Origin: Macrostomum hystrix
Lineage: Eukaryota > Animalia > Platyhelminthes
NCBI GenBank assembly: GCA_950097015.1
Contig: CATNEN010000038.1
Span: 15,066,001-15,130,000 of the forward strand
Length of the DNA stretch: 64,000 bases
Reading direction: 5' to 3'
Part shown: in pieces, positions 35,344 to 45,860 of the stretch
Layout: each line of letters begins with the position of its first letter
How positions within the stretch are numbered: position 1 is the stretch's first letter
The notes under the pieces: model-generated
What the model saw: the letters and a program-made list of their open reading frames with translations, nothing else
Told to the model about the DNA's origin: nothing
The model's database searches: none
Translations under genes and position numbers: made by a program

Positions 35344-37284
35344 ATGCGGTGGACTGTATCGCAGCTAGCTGTAGCAGTCATTCTGTTATCAGCCGCTTTG
35401 CCAGCCTTCTGTTCCGATGGCGACAGGGCCTACGTGCATCACTTGTGCATGGAAGCCTGTCTGGCTAGAACCAGCTGCGGCCGGGTTGAATATTCTCACC
35501 CTCTGTCTAGATGGGCCATAGATTCGTGCGAGGATCGCTGTAAGCACGACTGTCTCTGGCAGACTGTGGCCGCTTTTCAACGCGACGGCCTGCCAACGCC
35601 GAAGTTCTACGGCCGGTGGCCGTTTCTGCGACTGTTCGGCATTCAGGAGCCGGCATCGGCGCTGTTCTCCGCGCTCAACTGCGCCTGTCATGTCATCATG
35701 TTCGCCAGGTTTAGGAATCAGGTGAGCGATTGTAGTAACACCCACTATAGCCCTCTGATGTAACACCCACTGTAACACCTGCCCTAACACTAGTAACACC
35801 CACTATAGCCCTCTACTGTAACACCCACTTTAACACACACTATAGCCCTCTACTGTAACACCCACTTTAACACACACTATAGCCCTCTACTGTAACACCA
35901 ACTGTAAAACCTGCTCTAACACCTCCTGTAACACCCACTATAGCCCTCTGATGTAACAACCACTGTAACACCCGCTGTAACACCTCCTTTTAACACCCAC
36001 TATAGCCCTCTGATGTAACAACCACTGTAACACCCGCTGTAACACCTCCTGTAACACCCACTATAGCCCTCTGATGTAACAACCACTGTAACACCCGCTG
36101 TAACACCTCCTGTAACACCCACTATAGCCCTCTACTGTAACACCCACTATAGCTCTCTGATGTAACAACCACTGTAACACCTGCTGTAACACCTCCTGTA
36201 ACACCCACTATAGCCCTCTGATGTAACAACCACTGTAACACCCGCTGTAACACCTCCTGTAACACCCACTATAGCCCTCTGATGTAACACCCACTGTAAC
36301 ACCCGCTGTAACACCTCCTGTAACACCCACTATAGCCCTCTGATGTAACAACCACTGTAACACCCGCTGTAACACCTCCTGTAGCACCCACTATAGCCCT
36401 CTACTGTAACACCCACTGTAACACCTCCTGTAGCACCCACTATAGCCCTCTACTGTGACACCTGCCCTAACACCCACTGTAACGCCCACTTGTAAGACCT
36501 ACTGTAACATCTACTGTAACACCTGCTTTAACATCTCTTTGTAACATTATTCTAACGCCTACCGTAACACTTACTATAACACGCAATGCGACTCTCTACT
36601 GTAAAGACCTACTGGAACAATACTCTGTGACAACCTACTATAAAACCGATACTATTAGCTTCGAAATAAAATATCGAACCTTCAACGTAAATATTTTAGG
36701 TGAGCCCACAGTCACCAATGTACAGAGTGTGGCATCTGTACTCTCTGCTTGCCATAGTTACGTGGCTGAGTTCCACAATATTCCACGTAAAAGACATTCC
36801 ACTAACGGAAAAATTCGATTATTTTAGCGCTCTGCTATATCTATTAACCTGCCTGTTCTGTTTGGTCTGTCGCCTGTCTGTTAATCGCGGTAGCCTTGAC
36901 AACAAGAGACCAGATTTGGCACTGCTAGTCATTGTGCTAATAGCATTCTACTCAAGACACGTCTGGTATTTGAGCAATGTACACTTTGACTACGGCTACA
37001 ATATGACAGTGAATCTTAGCGTAGGCGCCTTGAACTGTCTGGGCTGGCTGATCTGGTCTCTGTTAAGGCTTCGAGCGCATCCGTACACGCTAAACTGCCT
37101 ACTGACAGTAGTCTTACTAAATGGCCTAGTAGTGTTAGAAGTATTCGACTTTCCGCCAATCTGGTGGCTATTTGATGCGCACAGCTTGTGGCACGGCGGT
37201 ACTGTGATACTGGCTGTGCCCTGGTATCGATTTGTCATTGCTGATTGTCAGCAACTCATGGATGAGAAGAATAAGCTGCAGTAG
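35344..37284 (+). CDS. PGAP3: Post-GPI attachment to proteins factor 3 (Per1 family), 320 aa; exons 35344-35721, 36700-37284
   Basis: Signal peptide, SDGDR, FYGRWPFLRLFGIQEPASALFS, FDYGYNM, DFPPIWWLFDAHSLWH. Confidence 0.93.
35735..36560. repeat. Complex minisatellite in the PGAP3 intron
   Basis: tgtaacacc.. and cactatagccctct subunits. Confidence 0.85.
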
Positions 37285-37454
37285 CGGCCACTTCCGAATC
37301 GAACTTAACTGTATGAACTTTGAAAATGATCATTTTTACACCAGACTGTCGAATTGCATTCCTGCTGTTTCACTGTCATAAGAAATTGAATCCAGTCGCA
37401 CAGCCGCAGTTATTCAAATGCGCTTCTCAATGTTGCGTACAACTGTTCCGTCCA

Positions 37455-37668
37455 GTTGAGTGGCAGAGCGGTCTAAGGCGTTTGCCTCTCGCGCCAAGGT
37501 CCCTGAGCTCGATTCCGCGACGAGGCCACATTCTTTTTGGCCTAGGGGCTTGGCGTGCAATTAACGCCCTTGAGATTCCTGATGAAAAAGTCGGGGCAGA
37601 TGTACACACCTGAGTGACTGTGTGCTCAGGAGTCAGCGAAATGGGCAGAATTGCCTCCTCGCTGGCTA
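37455..37668 (+). mobile_element. tRNA-derived SINE (family A)
   Basis: gtggcagagcggtctaaggcg...gagctcgattcc head; multi-copy in the window. Confidence 0.8.
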
Positions 37669-38049
37669 TTTCTCTATTTACCTATTAGAGAAATAAGTAA
37701 TTTTCTATATTAAAATCCCATCGATTTCAATTGTACTCGTAGAATCGATTGTAGAATTTTGTTTTTGATTTTGAGAATTTTGATCATATATTTCTATTCG
37801 TTGTCCTTGATTTCAAATTGTGTCAATTCTTGATTCTCACCTTTTAGCTGATGTAACAGAAATACAATATACAATATGTTCTTACTATGCTACTAACAAA
37901 ATATTTCTGAAAAGTAACGCTTTTAATATGCTTTATTGATATTTTTAAATAAATTCTAACTCTGCCATATTTGGTAGTTATATTTCTTTCACTAATTTAT
38001 AATTTAACTAAATTAAATGTTTACCTGGGCTTCAAGCGTAAAGATTTGG

Positions 38050-39345
38050 ATTCCATCTCCCCAATCAGTTGGGTTTCCATCTCCCCTATAAGTTGGGTTT
38101 CCATCACCCCAATAAGTTGGGTTTCCATCTCCCCAATCACTTGGGTTTCCATCACCCCAATAAGTTGGGTTTCCATCTCCCTAATAAGTTGGGTTTCCAT
38201 CTCCCCAATCAGCTGGGTTTCTATCTCCCCTATAAGTTGGGTTTCCATCACCCCTATAAGTTGGGTTTTCATCTCCCCAATCACTTGGGTTTCCATCTCC
38301 CCAATCAGTTGTGTTTCCATCTCCCCAATCAGTTGTGTTTCCATCTCCCCAATCAGCTGGGTTTCCATCTCCCCTATAAGTTGGGTTTCCATCACCCCAA
38401 TCAGTTGTGTTTCCATCTCCCCTATAAGTTGGGTTTCCATCACCCCAATCAGCTGGGTTTCCATCTCCCCTATAAGTTGGGTTTCCATCACCCCAATCAG
38501 TTGTGTTTCCATCTCCCCTATAAGTTGGGTTTCCATCACCCCAATCAGCTGGGTTTCCATCTCCCCTATAAGTTGGGTTTCCATCACCCCAATCAGTTGT
38601 GTTTCCATCTCCCCAATCACTTGGGTTTCCATCACCCCAATAAGTTGGGTTTCCATCTCCCCAATCAGCTGGGTTTCCATCTCCCCTATAAGTTGGGTTT
38701 CCATCACCCCAATCAGCTGGGTTTCCATCTCCCCAATCAGATGTGTTTCCATCACCCCAATAAGTTGGGTTTCCATCTCCCCAATCACTTGGGTTTCCAT
38801 CACCCCAATAAGTTGGGTTTCCATCTCCCCAATCAGCTGGGTTTCTATCTCCCCTATAAGTTGGGTTTCCATCTCCCCAATCAGATGTGTTTCCATCTCC
38901 CCTATAAGTTGGGTTTCCATCACCCCAATCAGTTGTGTTTCCATCTCCCCAATCAGTTGGGTTTCAATCTCCGAAATCGGTTGGGTTTTCATCTCCCCTA
39001 TCAGTTGGGTTTCCATCTCCCCAATCAGTTGGGTTTCCATCTCCCCAATCAGTTGGGTTTCAATCTCCGAAATCGGTTGGGTTTTCATCTCCCCTATCAG
39101 TTGGGTTTCCATCTCCCCAATCAGTTGGGTTTCCATCTCCCCAATCAGTTGGGTTTCCATCTCTCCAGTTAATTTGGTTCCATCTCTCTATTTAATGGGT
39201 TTCTATTACTCTAGTTAATTGGTTCCCATATCTCTAGTTAATTGGTTCCCATCTCTCTAGTTAATTGGGTTCCATCTCTCTAGTTAATTGGGTTCCATCT
39301 CTCTAGTTAATTGAGTTCCATCTCTCTAGTTAATTGGTTCCCATC
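38050..39345. repeat. 24-bp minisatellite
   Basis: ttgggtttccatctccccaatcag variants. Confidence 0.95.
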
Positions 39346-39536
39346 TTTCCATTGGCAATCAGCTGAGTTCCCATCGTCCCAATCCATCATTCACAGGATT
39401 CTCATTGCCATAATTTTCTAAATGGATAAAACACCTCTTGCCGAATCTGCAGTTGATCTCCTTGACAGAAGTTGTCAAAGAAAAGCTGACAGATCTCGAA
39501 GAATCCGTCTCGCTTAATTGCCTCTGTTAGCCCTAT

Positions 39537-39995
39537 ATGGCAGCAGCCGCAGCTTCAGCCGCAGTGAACGCACAGCATCGCATTCAACAGCTCCGCCGCC
39601 TAGTCCAACTAGTCGACCAAGTCGCTAACAGTCTGCCCCGTTCGCGTCAGAATCATTCGGCCCATCAGCAGCCGGACTTTGGCTTGCACCTGCGCAATCT
39701 AATTAGGATTAGGTGCGCTTCGGCTTCAACGCCGGATAGTTTTGTGAATAGTCAGGAGGTGGCTTTGCGCGATCTGCTAGCTAGCAAGGCTAAGCGAGAC
39801 TTCCCCAGCTCACCCTTGGCTATCGACGTCCAGCCCGACACTCAACGAATTCTTCAGCGTTGGACAGCTTCGGCTCCGACTTCGACTGCTGACGACGCAG
39901 ATTCTACAGCCGGCGACAGATCGGAGGATCAGCAGGCGCTGCAGTTGCGCAAGTGGGAAACTTTCAAATTGCGGCTGGCCAGCTCCTCTTATTGA
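39537..39995 (+). CDS. UQCC2/Cbp6-like complex III assembly factor, 152 aa, intronless
   Basis: Motifs DFGLHLRNLI, QEVALRDLLASKAKRDFP and KWETFKLRL align by eye with UQCC2 (DLGAYLRQRV, LARLHSNYYKHKYP, MWKKLQEKF); GC-rich coding-like composition. Confidence 0.6.
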   Translation: MAAAAASAAVNAQHRIQQLRRLVQLVDQVANSLPRSRQNHSAHQQPDFGLHLRNLIRIRCASASTPDSFVNSQEVALRDLLASKAKRDFPSSPLAIDVQPDTQRILQRWTASAPTSTADDADSTAGDRSEDQQALQLRKWETFKLRLASSSY

Positions 39996-40012
39996 GAGGC
40001 CGAGGCATTTTG

Positions 40013-43000
40013 ATGGAGGCGGTTTCCGCTGCTCTGGACCGGGTCACCCGACTGCTTGACAATTATCTGCCACTGCCCAATGCTCACGCTAATGACTTTT
40101 TAACCTTAGATATGTGGTCTAGCATGCTGCCCGAGGGTATTGCTAGGTTAGTCTGTTTTTTAATTCACTGTTGCCTTTTTCTAATTGAAGAATAGTTTAG
40201 ATATATTTAAGTGTGTGGCTGGCGTTTCTAAGAAAAATGTGATCATTATATCTAGAGAAAGCAGTTAGTTGCGATTTCTAGGAAAATAGAGTAGTTGCGA
40301 TTTCTAGTAGTTGGGGTTACTAGGAAAAGTGAGAAGTAGGGTTTACTAGGAAAAGTGAGTAGTAGGGATTTCTAGGAGAAGTGAGTAGTAGGGATTTCTA
40401 GGAGAAGTGAGTAGTAGGGATTTCTAGGAAAAGTGAGTAGTTAGGGTTACTAGGAAAAGTGAGTAGTTGGGGTTACTAGGAGAAGTGAGTAGTAGGGATT
40501 TCTAGGAAAAGTGAGTAGTTGGGGTTACTAGGAGAAGTGAGTAGTAGGGATTTCTAGGAGAAGTAAGTGGTTGGCAGTTCAAGAAAATTAGGTGTTGAAA
40601 TAATTTCCTCAAAATCTCAACGCCATCAGTGAGTTGGACGGTCTCTCGCGGGATCGCGAATTAGTCGATCTGTTCCAATCGCATCGGGCCCGCCTTCTAG
40701 CGGACGAATCCCATTGGCTGGCCGCTTGCCAGTCGCTTGACGAGATGCCCCAACCGCAACCGTGAGTTCTGTCTTAGATTTTCGAATTTGCAGATTCGAA
40801 TCCATGACCTTCTTGCTAAAACGTCAAACACCCGTCCGTCATTCCCAGTCCCATTGATCTGTTTCCCGATGGCCGTTTTAACAAGCTGGCCGCTCCGGTG
40901 TGGCGTCACTCCAGCCTGGATAGTCTGGCCCGCGACTGCGCCGCCTGCTGTCTGGACTGCCTCCGAGTGGTTCAACGCGTCGCCGATGATGGCGATGAGG
41001 AAGAAGAGGAATCCGCAGTCTTTGTCAGCCACGGTATGGGCGTTAAAAAGTCGCACGAAGTTGAAAAGATGTCTAGAGTCTGCGATCGTCTGGCTAGAAC
41101 TCGCGGCGTCGACCTCCTAGTTGATGTTGGCTCCGGCAAAGGTTACCTGGGCGCCTGTCTGTACCTGGCTCACGGTCAGCGCGTGCTAGAGATTGACGCC
41201 AAGCCTGGCAACACGGCCAGCGCTATTGAGAGGCGTTCAAATCTTGAAGACAAATGGCGATTCCTGATCCGCCGGGCTGAAGGAGACGCTAAACGATTAA
41301 CTAAGGAAGATTACCAGGCCAATCGTGTTGCTGCCGCTGTTTCAGCGGCCGGTGACTCAGGAAACGCCGAGTCATTCTGCGCCTCAATTAGCGCTGAAGT
41401 ACGCGACGCCAAGCATTTGGCTGAGATTGTGGCCGACAGGTGTGGCCGAGATCGGCAGGTTAGATGAAATCTTTGCCGTGTCTCAACAGGTCAATGTGTC
41501 AATCTAGTAGGCCTGTCATTTGTCAATCTAAAAATCCTGCCAATGTGCCAATCTAATAGGGTCAATGTGTCAATCTAATAGATCTGTCAATGTGTCAATC
41601 TAATAGATCTGTCAATGTGTCAATCTAGTAGGCCTGTCAATGTGTCAATCTAGTAGGCCTGTCAATGTGTCAATCTAGTAGATCTGTCAATGTGTCAATC
41701 TTAAAAGTCCTGTCAATGTGTCAATCTAGTAGATCTGTCAATGTGTCAATCTTACATGTTTGTCAATGTGTCAATCTAGTTGGCCTGTCAATTACTCAAT
41801 CTAAAGACTACATTCAAACAAATGATGTTTAACAAAGATGAAAATCACTCTGGTCACTCCGCAGGACACCTGCTTCGGTCTAATTGGTTTGCACACCTGC
41901 GGCCAGTTAGCCTGCACTCTGCTACAATTCTACGATCTGTCGCCCGACTGCGGCCTGCTAGTGAATGTTGGCTGCTGTTACAATCTGCTTGTAGAGGCCT
42001 ATTGCGTGAGCCAGTGCGAGGAACTGCTCAGGGTCAGTCGCTCTGTCCGTTTGATTTGCGGCTTTGAGCTGGAAAATATTTAGAGTCACGAAGGGAACAA
42101 TTTTATTGGACAGTTAGCTCACTAAATCCTCATCGGCAAACGTTTAAATTTGACAGGAAATCTCTAAAATCCTGATTTAAAATGATTATATTGGACTCGA
42201 TCTGTTCATGTCCCGAATCCTAAAATAATAATAATTTTAATTTTAATTGCAGGAGGGCTGCGGGTAATGGCTCATCATTTGGTGACGCTGGACCCGCAGC
42301 CAGCGAGGAGGCAATTCTGCCCATTTCGCTGACTCCTGAGCACACACGCACACAGATACCGTACGCAGGCATTCGCTCACACAGGTGTGTACATCTGCCC
42401 TGACTTTCTCATCGTCAGGCAGTGTACACTTCACTGTGTCTTGGAGGTTGGCCCTCAAGGGCGTAAATTGCACGACAAGCCTCCAAGCCTTCTCTCCGCG
42501 GCTGCGCCTTAAATGAATGTGGCCTCGCTGCGGAATCGAGCTCAGGGACCTTGGTGCGAGAGGCAAACGCGTTAACCACTCTGCCACCCACCGCTTTTTG
42601 TCCCGAATCCTCATCGAGAAACATTTCTATTTCACCGGTAATCTTTAAAATCCCCATTGGGACAAACTATTATTGTTGGACACTTAATATTTCGAATTGC
42701 CAATATCGAAAATCGGGTGAAATATCCTTGATCCCCATCAAAAGTGAGTAGTGAGTAGTAGGGATTTCTCAAAATCTCAACTTTGATATTTTGGTAGACA
42801 ATTAGATAGATTCGTAGATTGGTAGACAATGAATCTCCCCAATTCCATTAATCGGTCCAACAGCAGCAGGAGCAGCCGCAGTCGCTTCCACCGCCATCGC
42901 CCGGCTTCCCCCTGTCCGCCCGCCTGCGCAGTCGCCGATTCGCCATCGGCCGCAACGCTCGAATTCTGGCCTCGCAGAGTCCGGAACGCCTGGCCGACTC

Positions 43001-43424
43001 AGAGGATCAGCGTCAAATGCACCGGTCGATGTTCTACCGGGTGCTGCTTCAGCAGCTGCTGTTGGACAGGCTGGGCCGCACCGAGGACAGCTGGGTCGTT
43101 GGCAAGATTGGCAAGAAGTGTCCGGACTTTTTAGCCTACGCCCGGCTTGGCATGCGTCGACTTGGATTAGCTGATCTGTCCGAACAGATTAGCGACTCTA
43201 GTATTGCGGATTACGAGGTCCGGTTTGCCTATGTTGAGCGAAGATTATTTCGCTTCTTCCTCTTGAGATGCCTGCTAGCGCCGGCTGTGGAAGCCTGCAT
43301 CCTGCTGGACCGCCTGCTGTGGCTGATGGAACATCGGCGAGACTCGGAGACTCCGCCGAAGCTGTGCAGAATCTTTCAGCCCAAGACTTCGCCTCGCTGC
43401 TACGCTCTAGTGGCCACAAAGTAA
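40013..43424 (+). CDS. METTL25: Methyltransferase-like 25 family protein, about 534 aa; exons 40013-40146, 40630-40761, 40849-41458, 41865-42032, 42864-43424
   Basis: NAHANDF, MGVKKSHEV, SAM motif VDVGSGKGYLG, GLHTCGQL, VGCCYNL, GFPLS, SPRCYALVA; consistent splice phases. Confidence 0.85.
40290..40570. repeat. 24-bp minisatellite in METTL25 intron 1
   Basis: tagg(a/g)aagtgagtagtagggatttc. Confidence 0.85.
41490..41790. repeat. ~25-bp minisatellite in METTL25 intron 3
   Basis: tgtcaatgtgtcaatctagtag... Confidence 0.8.
42245..42592 (-). mobile_element. tRNA-derived SINE (family A), near full length
   Basis: Best-preserved copy; tRNA-like head at the 42592 end. Confidence 0.85.
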
Positions 43425-43494
43425 TCAATCCTGTTGAGGCTGTGGGATTCCGGTTCATCGGGATCGAGATTCAAGGAGTAGTTTTTCGGTCTTT

Positions 43495-44100
43495 AGAAAT
43501 GGGATTTCATTGTATATGAAAGGGATTTCTCTGTAAAGGAGTAGGATATCAATGTATAGGAATGGGATTTTATTGTATATGCAATGGATTTCTCTGTAAA
43601 GGTCTAGGATATCAATGTATAGGAATGGGATTTTATTGTATAGGAATGGGATTTCATTGTATATGAAAGGGATTTCTCTGTAAAGGAGTAGGATATCAAT
43701 GTATAGGAATGGGATTTTATTGTATAGGAATGGGATTTCATTGTATATGAAAGGGATTTCTCTGTAAAGGACTAGGATATCATTATATAGGAATGGGATT
43801 TCATTGTATAAGAATGGGATTTCATTGTATAGGAATGGGATTTCATTGTTATATGAAAGGGATTTCTCTGTAAAGGAGTAGGATATCAATGTATAGGAAT
43901 GGGATTTTATTGTATAGGAATGGGATTTCATTGTATATGAAAGGGATTTCTCTGTAAAGGACTAGGATATCATTATATAGGAATGGGATTTTATTGTATA
44001 GGAATGGGATTTCATTGTATAGGAATGGGATTTCATTGTTATATGAAAGGGATTTCTCTGTAAAGGAGTAGGATATCAATGTATAGGAATGGGATTTCAC
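43495..44100. repeat. Composite 21-bp-based minisatellite
   Basis: ggaatgggattt(t/c)attgtata units with higher-order structure. Confidence 0.85.
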
Positions 44101-44601
44101 TATTACTGTTTTTGGGATCGATTTTGTGGTTCTCAACTTATTGAATAAAACTTAATCCCCTTTAATTAATTTATTGCTTCTAGGCGTACTGTTTTTTAAG
44201 TGATCATCAAGTGGCCATCAAATTGCTAATCACCTGTGTAACGAATAATGTGAAATTATAAAACTGTAAAAGCATGAAAAAATAAAATAATTGTGTTTTT
44301 CTACACAGAAAACATTTTGAAGAATTTTCTTACAAGTTGCTCTTTTGTTCTTTGTGTTATGAAACTGTAGGATTGCTAACATTTAACAGTAGGTAGACAA
44401 CGCCAGTTTTTCCTATGGAATGACAATTTCTAATACTGGCTACTTCACTATAGCTCCCATTGAATATTGGTTGAATATTTTAGAAAACACAGAGAAAATA
44501 AAATTGCGGGTATTTAAAATACTGTCGATACATAAGCATACTTTTTTCTTTACAGCCGCATTGTTTAAGTCTCTAGTTTCTATTCCTAGTTTGCCTCAAC
44601 A

Positions 44602-44886
44602 ATGGACTTTGAAGAAAAGTACATCAACACGCCAGCCACGTCCACTAAAGATGACGAAAGCGTCACATCCAATCATAATTACACTTTGGAGACAGCCGCC
44701 CTCGACGCTGCTGATCCGGCTAACCAGGATTTCATTGGCGCTGGCCTAGATGCCCCTGGCATTCCGGCCATACTGCCTGACAATATCCCTATCCAGGCAA
44801 TGGACATTGCTAATCCGCGGCTCGCTAACTCCCTGCCTAGATCGTTTCCGCACACGCCGCCTGAAATTCCCAGTATGCCAGATTAG
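44602..44886 (+). CDS. Hypothetical 94-aa acidic, Pro-rich protein
   Basis: GC-rich ORF island in AT-rich DNA, good aacaATGG context and an upstream polypyrimidine-AG; no recognised domain. Confidence 0.4.
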   Translation: MDFEEKYINTPATSTKDDESVTSNHNYTLETAALDAADPANQDFIGAGLDAPGIPAILPDNIPIQAMDIANPRLANSLPRSFPHTPPEIPSMPD

Positions 44887-44994
44887 ATGCTTTAGCACTA
44901 GTTTAACTCTAGTTTATGTTTATCCTATTGATGAATGTCTGACTGGATCCTAGATCCTAGAGCTAGAGTGGTCCGTGTAAACACCCCTAAGATA

Positions 44995-45100
44995 GCTTGT
45001 AGTCTTGTGGTTAGAGCGTCAGACTCCCGACTTGAAGGTCGGGGGTTCGATTCCCGACGCCACTGGAACAATTTTTGTCCTTTAGCAAGACACTTAAATT
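44995..45100 (+). mobile_element. tRNA-derived SINE head with a CORE-like tail (family B)
   Basis: tggttagagcg...ggttcgattccc, then tcctttagcaagacacttaa. Confidence 0.65.
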
Positions 45101-45860
45101 CGGCTGCTTCTTCGGCGGGTTTTTTGTGCAAAATAGGAGTGGAATCTACCGAAATCCCCCTATCTTTTTTTAGACAGTATATTATTTTTATTTGTAAACA
45201 CCAAAAAGTACCGCAACTGACTACGATATAACCAAGGTAGTAGTTAATTTATTATATTATAATTTAGCTTTAGCAATTTAGCAAAATCTATGCTGATTTC
45301 TATTTAGTATTCGTTATAAGTTAATTTTAAAATGTACTTTTGACTATCTTATCGTCTTTTTGCTTTCTTTTCTCTGCCCGGTCTTAAATCTCGTTTATGT
45401 GAGCCGCTATCTTTATTTTTGTTTTAATTCCGTTGTCCAGTTCTTTAATTTGTTTCAAATCGGTTTAAGGTAGTTTATTTTTTTACTAAACGACTTTAGT
45501 TATAGTCAAGCAGAAAATGTTTTCTTCGAACAAACAAACAAATCATAAGAAATCATGCATTTCAAATTGTTTCTTTGTCCATTTAGATATAAAATATTTT
45601 CATTGTAAATAAATTCTTTGTTAATTCTTTCGAAACAAAGTAAAATTTTATCATTAAATAATAAAATCATCATTTTATCATCATTTAATAAATAAAATTT
45701 TCAATTGTTTAATTTCTTGCATTATTTTATCCGTAGTATCCGTAGACAGCATTTATCAACATTTTAATCGGTTGATAACTAGATCTCATGCTTACACTCG
45801 TTATGCTACTAGTTAGTAGAGTTGAATGAATTATTTTTTCAATTTCACTTTCAGCCTATA

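Noticed and set aside
31872-39218. Long repetitive ORFs (RIQSQSH, ISPISWVS and similar; likewise at 3058-3654, 20266-20773, 59431-60226 and 60794-61510)
   Set aside because: Artefacts of minisatellites with unit lengths divisible by 3; open on both strands, and several lie inside introns.
39953-40195. UQCC2-like and METTL25 ORFs as one protein by stop-codon readthrough
   Set aside because: The two ORFs are in different frames and METTL25 has its own ATG with a family-typical N-terminus.
44995-45065. Possible tRNA gene (also 26562-26625 and 37455-37530)
   Set aside because: A/B boxes are present, but there is no pairing acceptor stem and SINE body sequence follows; these are multi-copy SINE heads.
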